64,000 nucleotides of DNA from Trichosphaerium sp. ATCC 40318 (lineage: Eukaryota; Protista; Tubulinea), in the NCBI GenBank assembly GCA_038496445.1, contig JALMLS010000598.1:62001-126000 (forward strand), given 5' to 3'. Below, piece after piece: positions 21,403 through 35,749 of the stretch. The translations under genes were made by a program, and so were the position numbers. Every line of letters begins with the position of its first letter. Position 1 is the first letter of the stretch. The notes below the pieces were generated by a model that searched no databases, was not told the DNA's origin, and saw nothing but the letters and a program-made list of their open reading frames with translations.

Positions 21403-22979
21403 TCATGCGCCGTTGTGATCTTTATTTATGAGCTTTGTGTTTTTGGGTTTTTTGGGGTTGGTGTCTTTTTCCTCTTTTTCTGTTTTAACTGTCTTGCTTT
21501 TCAGTGTAAAAGTAGCAAATATTGGGAAATGGTCTGATGATCCTTCTTGTATAACATTTGCATCAGTGCACACAAGACCGTGATAGAACATGTGATCAAA
21601 CTTGCCACCTAATTTTTGTTACAAAACAGCATCAGAGGTAAACAAACACAACGATGTCACCGCGACGCGTCCAATAAAAATGCGCTATTGTGATACTTTA
21701 AGATATACTGAGCTTTAGCGAGGTACATCTCAGGTATCAAATAGATAATTTCGAGCAGAGCCATCAACAAGAAAGTGAAACATAAAGCCTCAGTTTTTGC
21801 ATTTGTGAAAATTGAATAATTGTGGTGCAAAAGGAACGTCTAAACCAGACGTACGTGTCTTAAAACCGAGAGGTAGATCCCAATACCATGTTGTACTATT
21901 AGGATCATGAATGGATAATGCTGAAGCAAAAGAAAGCGTGTCAGTCCAAAACTTAACACTTGCTGCATCCTAATAAAAAACCCAGTAAATTAAAGCCCAC
22001 AAGCCATTCATTAAGCATGAATGTATCAATATAAAAACACCATCATTCTTGTGCAAATTATAGCGTACTTTTTCTTCGTTGAAGTCGCCGCAAACAATTA
22101 TTGGTTTATCAAAATTTAACGACTTAGCATAATGTTGACACTCTTTTAGTCTATCACCTAATAGCCAAAATATAAACAATCACTTTATGATTTGTTAGAA
22201 GTAACTCATCATACATTTTGACGCATAATAAGCATGGGGTAGCGGTAACGCATTCAATGTGAGAGGTGGTCGTAAGTGAAGATTTAACACCTATTTGACA
22301 TTGAATTTAGACAAAAAATTATCAAGTGCGTCCTACCTGTACTACTCCCAGAGGTGTCTTAATTTCGTATAAATGCGCTGGAAACCACCCAACTGGGGAA
22401 GGAATTATAGTTGATTTTAGAATCGGGTAGAGGCTCAAAACCCCAATCTAGAAGAAAATGACTTTTTTTTTGAAAACAACCATTATTTACATACTCCACC
22501 AGCGGGTACACTATGCCCAACATGGTCATGAAAATCGGAGTGAGGATAGACCTTATCAGTGGTCTTCTTGAAAAAAGCTTCCCAGTCTTTTGTGGTTTCT
22601 ACACATTAAATTAAATTTGTCGAAATACTAACTAAAACAATTTGAACAACTTTTCTTTACCTTGCAAGCACACAATATTGGATTTCGTCTTTAGCATGGC
22701 ATTCAAAATTTGGTGTTCCTCAAAACCTGTACTAACAAGTGCATTGTCACACATTCCATAATCTGAACATTGTTGTTAGTCTCATGAAAGGCACGTGGTG
22801 AAAAAAAACATACTTATATTGTACGAGCAAACAACAAGATCAAGTGAAGCGTTGGAATCTACTGGTCTCCTAACGTCTCAAGTAAGTACTAGTCAAACGT
22901 ATACGCATGAATACTGTTTCATTGTATCTATTGTAGATATCCAAGAGGATCTATCAGCTTTTGACATTGCGCATAACAT
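21403..22979 (-). CDS. Endonuclease/exonuclease/phosphatase (EEP) family protein, multi-exon
   Basis: Motifs VCSYNI, VCLQE, NLHLRPP, IVCGDFNE, FDHMFYH and SDHFPI appear in order across exons. Confidence 0.85.
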
Positions 22980-23754
22980 GAAAAGTCCTTGGTTCGTTGT
23001 ATCGATTTGAAACGCGTTCTTTTTCCCTGTGATAGAAACCAACGATACTTCACATACTTCTTTGATAGTTATAAGAGGTATTACGTGAACTACCTTTAGT
23101 GTTGGCTAAGAACACTATCAGTTCGGGATTAACAGGTTTTACGCGTATAAAAACCTGTTTGGGTGCGTTTGAACGTACTTTGCTGTCTTTTAAGAAGTAC
23201 AACTTATTGTTTGCTAATAGAAGCCCGTATTTGCTCCAGGTGTAAACTACACCGCCTACAGTCGCTGTTAATTAATTGTTTAACGGCACTGGCTCTAATT
23301 GTACCTTCCCGTTTTAAAACGTTTGAATTCTTTATAGCACGCAATTTAAGACTTTCTAGAGTATCCTCTGAAGGTGTTTGTTGTTTTTGCGTTGCTGTTT
23401 CCTTTGGTTCCATTATGCTCTTTCAACCACTGTAAGATTGGCTAGGCTTCACGTTACTGAAGTCAGTACGATAAATGAATCGAATGGCTTAAAATAGTGT
23501 TTTATTTTGGGTTCATCACTGAAGTACAACACAACGGTTTTTACTTGAGCTTTGCCTCAATATTTCGGATACCAGCTATAATGATGCTATATCGTGGTTT
23601 GAAGCCACTTATTCGTGGTGAACATGAGAGATTACTGTCAGTAGAGTCCAACTCACATGACTTTTTTGTTCTTCAAGTTGCATGTGCTTCTTGCCTATTT
23701 TTGTTTTTTGCAATATAAATGAAGGTATGAAACATGAGGTATTAACGTTAACGT

Positions 23755-24692
23755 TTATTTGGCACTGGTACAAGTTGCAGGTGTTTTCCAGTAACTGTCA
23801 TCAAGAGGTCCACTTTTGAAACTTGTGAATACGATATCAATTTCAGATATTATTCCACCAATACCAACTAGTGTCGCATTGCCTAAATTAAATGTTACCA
23901 TCCAGAAAACACCATATAATAGGCCGTACTCTTAGATAATTTGTAGTAAAAAGTGGCTGCTGTGCCAGAAGCTGATACATCCCAAGCGTTTGTGTTCCTT
24001 CCATAAAACTCTCTTACACCATCAAGACTAAAGGTAACCACTCAGTGTATGAACGAGAAAAAGCGGTACATATGTTATTCTTACTGCTAGTACCTTGGAG
24101 AAAATGGTTGGAATAGCTGAAGAAATTCGGCGGCATCACATGTCTGTGTAGTGCAAGGTTCACAACTGCCTAAAAAAAAGTGCAATTGTAAGTAAAAGTA
24201 TTAATTTTGTACGCTTATGGATGATAAGCACCTAATCCAGCAGGGCATGTAATAAGATAATTAGAACCATCTGTATCACAAATATTATGTTGTACACTCC
24301 AAGTATTATCAGTTTGATTAAATAAAGTCTTCCAAATGCACCGTTAGAATAATGTCAAAACCAAAAAATCAACATAAAGTTGCTAAAAAAACCGAGTTTG
24401 GCAGGCAAACTATTTTTCAAAAATGGATGTAAGGCTTACCACATCGGCTGCGTATCGCTTGTTTTTTTGGTCTATAACAAGGGTTCCTGTAGATGTAAGA
24501 AAATTATTTGTAAATTGCTGAAAATCCGCTACAAACTGTCCTGGTACCTAAACAACACATCAAAAAAGCTACAGATCACGTGATTGTAGGAATATATCTA
24601 CAGTAACATACCCCAGGAAAGTCTTCAAGAGGTTTCATACCAACAGATACAGCGATAATAATGGATAAAGCGAAGATTGCGATGCGTTGCAT
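23755..24692 (-). CDS. Secreted ependymin-related (EPDR-like) protein, multi-exon
   Basis: Signal peptide MQRIAIFALSIIIAVSVG, ID..NKR segment, internal Cys residues, and C-terminal FTSFKSGPLDDSYWKTPATC matching the ependymin F....G..D...F..P..C ending. Confidence 0.65.
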
Positions 24693-25225
24693 TGTTTGAG
24701 CGGATTGACTTATTTTTGTTTGATTAAAAATCTCACTGTGGAGTGTCTGTGTACTCGCGTGCTCAAGAAAGCACCTTTTTTAAACATTACATTATAGCAA
24801 GCACAACGGTAAGTTCCTCGGCCTGGTATGAGAAAGTTGACGCAAAGTAAAGCGAGAAAGGAATGAGCTGTAGTAAACTTTTTTTTGGAATTGCTTTGCA
24901 TGTGTTGTATATAGCAGCATCTACCTACTTCTAGTCGATCCACACATTCCTTTTGAAGCGTTTATCAATACTACCTTGCACCAAATAAAGCTCCATTCAT
25001 TGCAAAGCTGTTAGTTGAGTAATAGTAAGCATGCAATGTATTGCTGCTAACTTACGCCAAAACTACATCAACCATTGGTAGACAGTAAATATAGTGATTA
25101 AAGAAGTCCTTGGTTCTATTGGATTTTGTTGGATCTCCTTCATTACAATTCTATTCAATCTTTTGGGTGAGGACAAAGATCCAAGAAAGTACAAGATATG
25201 ATTTATTTTTTTTTGTATTGTTGGA

Positions 25226-28200
25226 TTAATTTCTTCGCCCAAAAAACCCTGTTTCTTTTCTTCTCCTTTGTTTGTTCTTGTTAAGCTTTTCCTTTTGTGT
25301 AACCCGAGCCCATTTCTTTTCACCTCTTTGTTCTCTTTCTTTTGCTTTTTTCTCCATTTCTTCAACATGGCTTACTTTGTGCCAGAACCCCTCTTCCTCC
25401 TAAAATAAAACGTTTTTAAACAAAAGTACTACCAGGCCACACTTATGGCGGTTTTTTTTGTTGTGTTTCAAGGAATAGCCACAAAACTATTGGAAAGAAA
25501 AACAATAAGAATTGTGTACCTTATCTTGATATTTTTTCAAGAATTTCAATAGACTTGCAACATCCTGATCAGCAGGACCACCAACTCTTCTCTCAACATC
25601 AAGCATTTTATGTATAATTTCTCTAAACTCACATACAGTTCTAACATGATTTGTTTCTACTGCAAACACCTCATTTGTACCAGTCCGCACTCTAACAAGA
25701 CCAGTATCCACCGTTTGGCCTCTTTTATTTTTATAAGTCAATTTACCAGCATTATCAAAAGTAGGTCCAAATAGCAGAGGTAATGCAGAGGATACAAAAC
25801 ATGTATCAGCCATCATAATACCTTTATCACCCTAGCAGAAAATCAAATAAGCTTCCTTCTTCATCAATAAAAAAAAAAAAAAAAGCAATTGGATTTTTGA
25901 ACCAGAAAGCCACTACACACGTGGAAACCACATGTCTTTCATTTAAAAAAGGTGCACGAAATCGATCATGTTTTTTGTGCTTATGGAGCCTTGACGTGTA
26001 ACAACCAATTGGGTTAAACTTGGCTAAACTACCAGAAAAGCAATGAGTTTGCTAAATTTTTTTGGGTACCTCTATCATGCCGTAGTATACAAGCCAACCA
26101 GTAGGTGCTGCCAAAAGAGTACTATTAATAGATGAATTTCTCACATGTACATATTGACTTGAACGCATGTGGATAAATTGCAAGTAGTCCCTAGATACAG
26201 CATTAGTAAAAAATAATTTATGGCTATATTTTTTTTGTGTACTGCTGCTTCTCATTTGGTACAACACGTATAATATTTGGATAAAGTCCAGCCGCTACAG
26301 CTGTGTATATAGCATGTTTGTTATCCTTATTCTTATTGGATTCCATTACAGGCAGGTTAAGTTCTTTAAGGCCTTTAAAAAACTGATTTTTGACTCTGTT
26401 TGAGAAAAAAGATTAGCTCTCACACGATTACTGATTGTTTTTCTTGACTCAAAAAAGAGTTTTGTGTTCAGTATTAAAAGAAAAAGCGTACCTGTCCATC
26501 ATCTGCAACGTTTGTCTGTTAAGAAAGTACCTTTCGCAAAACGCACTTACATTATTTGCTAGTTTTGCTTCTTCATATTGTTTGTTGATATTAACAAGTA
26601 TCATAAGATCACTGTTAGATTCTTCAGCGAAATATTTTTTTGTGTCCATTATTTTCTTGGTTTTCCCTTGAATGTTCTCAAAAGGAGACTTGTATCCAAG
26701 ACCGGCAACAATAGCAGCAATTGGTCCAAGACAAGAGAGAGATACACCATAGAGGAGCATTTTACCAAGCTGTGGATGCACTGGTAACTTCATAAGCATC
26801 TCACCAAGCTCTGTTATGTCCTCGTTCTTATCAATAGCTCTAATATCCTTGAAAAGATAGTTAAGAAACAGCAAGAAATTGGAAAACGCTTGTTTTTTGT
26901 TGCTCAAAACATATTAATTGTCTTTCTGCTCGCTTATCAAATGAGCAACACACTGATTACCCATCGCTTACAGCGCAAAGTGGTGTTTTTTTACAAGGAT
27001 AGTAATCAATAGATAAGAGTATTTCATGGTGAGCATATTAGATATTTGACAGTCAAAAATTTAGACTGTACCTTTAAGAATGTAATCGCTTTTTTAATTG
27101 CTATTTTACTTGGAGGCGATACTGCTTCGTTTAAAATATCCGTTATAGATCCACTACCTTTCCCTAAAAGTCCTTTCACCTGAAGACAAAGCTCTTCTAT
27201 TGGCATTCGATTCTAGATACCTTGTTAACCAAAAATAAAAACTTCAAGTAAGAATAACTGTGCTTATACGTTTTTACGATAAGGGTAGTCACCAAATTGA
27301 AAAGTAGAAACAGAAACCGTACCATCTCCGGTAACTTAAATTTAGCTTGTGTTTTCGCATGATACTTAGAGAAAAGATGGTAGCACTAAAGAAGTATTTA
27401 GAAAAACTAGAAAATATACATATCCTTTTCATTTCGTACTTTTCCAGGTTGTACACGACCAGCACGGCCTCTACGCTGCATAGCGTTGGCTTTTGAAACG
27501 GCTACACTCTTTAAAGAAGGAATACCAGTCTTTGGATCCTATAACAATGTGTCAGACATTTAGACAACAAAATACATTCACATACATATCCCGTCTCTTT
27601 AAGAACACCAGTGTCAATAACATACACAACGTCATTGATTGTGATAGATGTCTCTGCAATATTGGTACTCAATACAACCTTGAAAAGGTAAATTTACAAA
27701 TATAAAAGAAGAAAGCAAGTTGTTAGATTTACCTTTCGTTTTCCTTTACTAGGTGGGTCAAAGATTTTATTTTGTTTTGATTTATCAACCATAGAGTGAA
27801 CAAGATGTATATCAAAAATAGAAGTGAAGGACTTCAAGGCATTCTTTACTTCTGATATAGCCCCCCATCCATCAAGGAATACTAATATTGCTCCTAAAAG
27901 AAGAGGTTAATTCAAGTAAAGCCAAAAAAAAAAAAGGAATTTGAGGTTTGGTTGAAGAATATTTACCTTCGCCTTCGTTCTTATGTATGTGGCGTATTAA
28001 GTTTACAATAAGTTCAACTGGTAGTGACATTGAATGCACTGTTTCTATTTGTTCTACAAGAGAGATACTGGCATTTCCATAGTATTTTTCAAAGCCGCTG
28101 TCAATCTCTGAAAAAAATTGTAAGAACGGGGAATAGTGCTACGGTGCTATTACCAAAAGCTGATTGCTCATTCTTATCACCCTTTCCTACTTCTACACCC

Positions 28201-30019
28201 ATTTTTAGGACATCATCCAGGTAATATCCTTTTACAGGGAATGTACGCCCTTCAATATAAAGGATGTTTTTTGTGTTAAAGTAATCTAAACAGTAATGTC
28301 AACAAAGAAAAAAAAAACCCAAGTAACGGTCTAATTGTATAATTATTGACACGTGCCTGCAAATACTTGTGGATCTATTGTTGCACTCATCAATATAACT
28401 TTCAAGTCTGGTCTTGGTCCTTGAATAACCTTACGTAATAGAAGTAGAGATATATCCGTAAAAGAATCACGTTCATGAACTTCATCAATGATAATATGCG
28501 TAATATCTATTAGGAAAAAAAAATCAGCTAGACAGCTTTTTCTTTGTTGTATCGTTTGGTTTACCACTCAGAGTGGCATCTCCTTTCATCATTTGAATTA
28601 GAATACCCTGTGTCATAAAGGTCAAGCGTGTACTTGGACCAGCTGTAGCACAAGAAGTTAGAAGATAAAAGGCAAAATTTTACTTTTTCGAAATTTTACT
28701 TGAAATAAGCCTCTAAACAATCGCTACTGAAAGTAGCCGACAAGTATAAATCAATAAAAACGTAGCACAAGGTTCAAAATGTTGATCTTCTTCAACGTTT
28801 TTTATATGTGAATCAATGTTAAGACGTACTTGAATTATCAAATCTCACTTGATAACCTGTTGACTCAGCTATTTTCTCACCACGCTCACGGGCAACGCGT
28901 TCAGCAATAGAAGTCGCTGAAAGACGTCTTGGCTGGAGAATGTAAGCACAACAAGAAGAATCAAATGATCAGTTCGAAGTCGTTTCTAACCTGAGTACAA
29001 ACAATGTTTGCGTGTTGTCCTTTTTGTAAACAATCATCCAAGATGATCTGTGGAACCTGAGTTGTCTTACCACATCCAGTAGCACCAACCAGAATGAGGA
29101 CTTGGTTATTTACAACGGCGTCAACGACTTTTTGACGATCTTTAAATGCAGGAAGCTCTTTTCGCGCATTAAGTATATTAGCCAACCTGATCAGCTTTGG
29201 TTAGTGTTTAAACACATGATGTACGATTTTTTTTTGTAGAAAGTAATTTGAATGGGAAGTATCTAAAATAGCGTCTACAGCGTTTACTACGCGCAAATAG
29301 TGCGTTACACGGACAATTACGCACCTTGGGTTTCCGCTAGGATTGGGAAGTTTTGGCACGGGCCCAAACACCCTCTTTCTGAAATGGCGGTCTTTTATCT
29401 GCTTTTGGGCAACAAGGTCCTCTTCATCTTCTTCGCCATAAATTTGCCAAAACTGGTCTGTTAGGCCTTCCAGACTTTGTCTGTTAAAGAAAGCAGATAC
29501 ATTCTGTGGCCTGTAACGGTTATTACGCTACAACACTAAACAAATCAACATACTTTGGTAAAGTAGGGACTTTGGCGCTATTTTTTACGCTTGACGAAGG
29601 CCTTTAGGTGTTAGTAAATCGTTTTTCTTCAATTGGTTTTCAAACCACTTACGGACTGCGTAACACAATGCGCGTGGTAGTGTATGTCCTTTGGCGCGTA
29701 TTTATGGCTATGACAATGTCAGAAGTGTCTTAAAGAAGTTCATACCTGTAAATGTGCGCTTTCGCGTAGCCCTAAGGAGCATTACGCCCAAATGTCAAGT
29801 TTCTGCAATTGGTGATAGGGAATGCACTTGACTTGCGACACTTCATTTGCACGACAAAAAGGGGCATATCCAGGTTCTATGGAGAGCTTTTGTTGTACTA
29901 TATAATATTATGCTGAGAAGCTTTGCTCAATCAAAATAAACCAAACATTTGACACGCGACAAACATATTCGCGCCTCTGTACGTATGTCGTAGAGATAGC
30001 GTACAACATCGCCCAACAT
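25226..30019 (-). CDS. DEAH-box RNA helicase (DHX36/DHX57/YTHDC2-like), multi-exon
   Basis: [61 protein letters not shown] and the HA2 segment [11 protein letters not shown]. Confidence 0.93.
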
Positions 30020-30481
30020 TTCTTTAACTTAGTAAACTCAATAGCTTATTCACAACCTACGCAACTATGCGTAAGTTTTAATAATACGCGAGAAACTGAT
30101 GGTGTACACGTGGGTAAGTATCATACAACCCGTTTCGGACAAATTGATAAACTTTTTTTCAAGTATTATTATAATACTTCCTAGCCTACTCAGTTTGATA
30201 TTAATCACTGCGTGACGCTTTGTAGAGGTAACCAGTTTTTTAGAGTAAACATTTATGCCGAAGAGGAACATCCGAAACGGAGCTCCACAATGTGTTCATG
30301 GAAAATCGCTGTAGTTACCCTATACGAACAACTTTAGAACCATCTATCGATAAGGGCACAATATTCAAAAAGAGGTGCAACAAACTATAAGACGTCACGA
30401 TGCAGTAGGTAGAGTTGTGATTCTCGCAGTTTTGTCTTCCGCTATTTTCAAATATCACGTGGCCTCTATCAATCAAGCATC

Positions 30482-31258
30482 ATGTCCGTCTTTTCTCAAC
30501 GATCAGCAAGTATTCCAGCTTATACACCTTCTGGAAGTTATTCAACTCTCCCTGTTGATGAAATGCCTGCTTTATCATTACTTACGTGGCTATGGTTCCT
30601 TCCAGATGAAGAATCCAAAGTTGCTTCTAAATGCGAGAGTACGTCAAAGCCTAATTACATAATAACATATACACGCAAAGTTTTTTAGCTTATTGTTTTT
30701 GAAAATAGAAAGCTCAAAACAATCCACACCGCCAATTGTTACAGACGATTTTTTCAACTCCGGTCTTTTCCCGGGACAAGATGATATATTTTTTACCGAA
30801 ATACTTGCACCACAGAGCTACATGTCAGATAAACACCGAGTGGTACGTATTAAAACAATGGCCTAAAATAATGGACACATAATTTACTTTGTACAACACG
30901 TGACATACGTCTTACGTTTTTTTAAGCTCGTTGGCAACGGTTTGAGCGTCGAGAGACAAATAGAACTCCTAAAAAAAGTTGAGGAGTTGGAAGGCCAAGT
31001 ACAGGCGTTAAAACAAGGAAAACCAATAAAAGAAGAAACCACCACTGTACGTACTTTATAAATAAAAAAAAACAGGGTTTCTGTATCGTTTATTCTAACT
31101 ACTTTTGTAGAAGTTTCTCCAAGTAAGCGGACAAAAGAGCCCTTATCCGCTAAGAAAGGTACGTAAATCTATTAATGCCGCTTTAGTATCACGTGTATTA
31201 ATAAATGTTTTAGGCTGGTTCTTCTGGTGGCGAAATAAAACTACGAGGACGACGATAG
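30482..31258 (+). CDS. Small multi-exon hypothetical protein with C-terminal coiled coil
   Basis: Exons bounded by GTACG...AG introns; includes ERQIELLKKVEELEGQVQALKQG and ends EIKLRGRR*. Confidence 0.6.
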
Positions 31259-31998
31259 ATGGGTATCAGTTGGCGTATGTACAGAAAAGTAGGAACTACG
31301 AAACGCCCCTATTATAAGAATATCCTTCATGTCGTTTACTGAACCAAACAGGCTTTGTAACATAGTAAAAGAAACCAAAATTTGCCTGTAAATCCTGCGT
31401 CTACAAACCAGTTAAAAGTTCGAATGTCCGAAAACGAGTTGTGTTTTAAGAACTAAACCAAGTTTTTACAACTTAACAAGTCATGTAACTTACATGCGCT
31501 AGCACACTCGATAACATGCTACGTTTACATTTTAATAAGTATTTTAAACAAACAAAGAGCAGCTTGACAATTTTGACTGACTGCAGTGTCACGTGCTTTT
31601 TAAAATGAACAAAAAATGTAAACTATAAATTTAGAGATGGTAAATACTGGGCCATAAAACGGTGTCATCAACCTGAAAAGTTCAATAACAAATCAAGTGG
31701 TGTTTAGGATGTCCAAATTTTTGATGCAACAGGTCTTTTGACATTGGTAGAGATCCAAAATAATTAAGCAGAAAACTTTGTAATTTTTAACGGTCCAAAA
31801 TTGCTATGATTGACCTTAATGTCATAAACAACAAGGCCTTTTGAGACTTGTGCAATAAACAGATTTATCTATTTACACAAGCGTTACAACATCTCTTACA
31901 ACCATTCAGGAATTGGAAAGAGCAATATTGTTTTAACGAAAGATGAAGTCTGTTACAAACATGGCGAAAACTTGGAGATTTCTGACAAACCCAGAAAA

Positions 31999-34900
31999 AT
32001 GCCACCAAAGAAGAAAGGAGGGCGTAAAAAGGCGAACGTAAGGATAGCACCAAGAAAGAAGAAGAAAAAGGTTGAGGAACAGCCAAAAGACGGTGTTTCG
32101 TACGTTCAGCTTCTATCGTTTGTGAAAACGGTCCAAGGCGTGTTAACTCGCGAAAAGAAAGTCGTACACGGAGAGGTACAACAAAAAACCGTTGCTTTTG
32201 CGCCATGCTTAGTATTGGGTTTCAGAGTAGCATACAATTATTTGATGAAGTGACAGAGGTGTTTCAAGGGATTGAACCGAAGCTTGATGCTTGGAAAAAT
32301 CAAATTGAAGCAGAGGTACCCATGGCATATTATATCGTCGATTTAGTGATCAGTGATAATACTCCGACCTAAAAAGCCGATTGGTTTGTTTTCAAAGTGA
32401 TAACCCTCAACGCTCTTTTAGATCGCCAAAATAGATGCCAAGAAACCTTGTATTATAACCGAGGCGCCTTTAGAGATTATGGTCAAGATTTTAGAAAATC
32501 TTCATTTACTTGAGCGAAACGGACTTGAGCTTGTTTCTAGACAGTTCTATGATGCTGTTAGTATTATAAAACGTAAAACACTTGACTTTTACAGGTAAAA
32601 CCTTCAAGAAAAGACAGCCTCTCTTCTTCTTCTAACTTTGCTTAAAGGTGCTGGGATATAACTGATGATATTGTATTATCAATGGTTAGATCAGCCAGTG
32701 ACACTTTAGAGTTCCTGAGGTGCGTGACAGACTCCAACCTAACGTTTTCTTGCACGTGCTTTTTTTTCACCTTAGAGGTTGGTTCGCTTACCTTAAATAG
32801 TTTTCGTGAATGCTGGTGGATATCTCAAGCCACTGTTATAGAGTGTATTAGTATGTGTCCTAAGCTATTACATTTGGATCTTGTAGGATGGGAGTGCTAT
32901 GGTCCACAAACTAAAGCAACTTCTCTTTTTCGAGCAATTAAGAAACTCAAATTATTAACACATCTCGGGTTTGTTTCTTCTACTATTCCACATTTACTCT
33001 TAAATCTTATTTATTGTTGAAATAGTTTACCCATGCGTGTAAAATCCGTGGCTAAGGCTCTAACGAAGTCTTTAAAGATGCCTTCAGTGAAACATATTGA
33101 GCTTTATAATTGCAACGCTATTATTATGAATGAACTGCATACTTGTTTTCCTAAATTGGAGACAATAAAATCTATGTATTCTCTAGGTTTTAATGCTATT
33201 AGCAAAGCAGATAAGTGCAATTCTTTAAAGGTAAGTACAAAAGAACCATAAAAATAGACATTAGATTAATTTATTTTTAGGCATATGTTGTTAAGCATCC
33301 AGTCACTGGAGCCGTACATCGTTTTAATTATAATGTGCGCGGTAGCCAAGAACTACCTCAAAGTGATGATTTGAAAGCATGCAATTTTAGCCTAAGATGG
33401 CTCCCTGTACGGCTGCTTTCATTAAATTGTTGTTTCTAATCTTTTTGTTTAGAAGTTTTTACCTTCATGGCACATGAAGAACTTGACTCGTTTGTCAATG
33501 GGAATGGGATCTCTCGATAGTGGTAGAGCTAGAATAGACTTGAAGATGTTATCTGATAGTTTACCAAACCTCTTAGATCTAACAATTCAATCGGGTACTA
33601 CCTATTGTCGCAAGCATCAGTCGCTCTGGGCTTTTGTCCTTCTTTCTTTGTTTAGTCTTTACTAACGTTCCTGTGTATTAGACGGTCGTGATATTAGACA
33701 TTATAAAGCTGTTTCAGGAGGTTTATCTTGCCCAAAAGGCTCCATAGGTTACTTTCTCTTTTCTTTATTTTACTAACCAGCTATACAAATTAGCTTTGTT
33801 CCCTAAATTAGTTCGTTTGCATTTAACATTGGATGGGCGTGGTATAACAAACGCATCAATGTTCATCAATAGGTACACATTCCTCCTAAGGCATTGGACA
33901 ACTCTTGTTCAACAAAAACCATGATATCACGTGATTGGTTCTAATATGATTACAGCTTACCGGATTCAATACGTCACCTAGAACTTATAATGGTTGCTGA
34001 GGTAAAACCTTCCAATGAAGCAATTGCAGGTAATCATCTTTTCAGTGCATACTTTACTCATTCTTTTATGCAGAAGCTGATTTAATCGAGCTCTTGATTC
34101 GATTGGATTTGAGAACTTTAAAGGTAAGCTTAATTTCGTTTTTGATTTACTCCTATTTTGTTAAGGCCTTGCCTTTTATAAGGTTCTCAGTTACCTGTTA
34201 TTAAACAAATTACTAATAGTTATAGCTTGGTGTACAGCCATCAGTAGTCAATATCCATCCAATAGAAGATTGGAGCAAACTCGCTGATTATACAGCAGTT
34301 GTTACAGATGAACTTATTGATAAATTGTGCTCTTCTAGATCAAATAATATAGCTACTTTGGGATTAAATAATTGTGCACAATTGACAGATTCATCTATGG
34401 ATAAACTAACCCGTAAGGATACTTTCAAAGAAGAGAAACTTTTTTGCCTTGGTGTTTTTTTTTCTCATCTATACTCTTTGTCTTCTCATCTTTAAAATCA
34501 TGGATTAACAGCAACTTCAGCACAAAATAGTTTGTTTAGTCTTTGGATTAACACCTTGCCCTCCATAGTTTGTAGCTTTTGAGGTTTTGTTTGTTATCTA
34601 ACTTGTGGTTTTAGGTAAATTTGCAGAAGGGCTTGAATCGTTGTCTTTAGTGAACATTGCTAAATGTTCTTCTCAAGCAGTTGCTGATTTTGTTGGTGCT
34701 AGTACAAATTTACAAGAACTCACTATATTAAGTCAACTCACTGGTAACTCTATATTTGTTGCTCACTCAATTTCAACAGTATTAGACTACAACAAGTACG
34801 TTCACTTATAAAACCATCACATGTCATGTTTCCTCGTTTTCAATCTATTGGTTTAGCTTGCATTAGTTTAAGGCCCCTTAAAGGAGTCATAGAGCCCTTA

Positions 34901-35443
34901 AGTTGTTGACTCATATAATTCTTAGGCTTTGGTTTCTTCGACTTGGTTTATATGAAGCAATGGATGAAGCCCTTAATATTTTACAAGGTTTGTTTGTTTC
35001 CAGAATTATTATCACATATTATGATTCATTCCTAATATATTCCCGTGTTAGGATCTTGTTTGAGACGTGTTGTCATAGTCAAACCAACTGAGATTTCTTT
35101 TGATGCTCTTCATGGGTTTATTTCTAAATCACCAAAACTCAAAAGTTTACATGTACAATCCCACTCAAAAAAAAGAAGGAAAAAATACTGGGAGTTGATG
35201 GAAGGGTACGTGTTTCCTTTTTTTTGTTTTTTTTGCTTTTTGTTTGGTGATAGATACCTTAAGCTTTCTTCTGAAAACCATTTTCTTGTACTTAATTTAT
35301 TTTTTTTTAGTGCACTTCAAACATGTAGAAGAGATACTTTAAGGATTTACCTATATCCATATGGTAGTACATTACTGACTAATATTGCTATATCGGTTCT
35401 TGATTTACCTCAAACATCTTTCAAAGGCTGTGCATTGAAATAA
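31999..35443 (+). CDS. Intron-rich F-box/LRR (FBXL-type) protein
   Basis: MPPKKKGGRKK N-terminus, F-box ITEAPLEIMVKILENLHLLERNGLELVSRQFY, and Cys-containing LRRs (CPKLLHLDL, LGLNNCAQLTDSSM). Confidence 0.8.
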
Positions 35444-35749
35444 CATCACTCTTTCCTTGGAACAGTAAACTGTTTTTCAAAAATAAAAATATCAACCATG
35501 AATATATCTAGATCGCTATTGCTGGTATAGTTTACCGTGACTACTATTTAACCGTTTTCACAGCAGATCATATTTGGTTTGTGGTTCCCAGCACTTTAGT
35601 GTTGATACAGTAGTCTGTTGTTGTCATACATTCTTTTCACTCTTTAGATCTGAACTTTCGCCATTTCACAAGTCTTCTAAGGCACAGGTGTACTTAACAT
35701 CAAACTTAACTTGTACTTGTTTGTAGCCACTTGCAAACATCACCAAATC

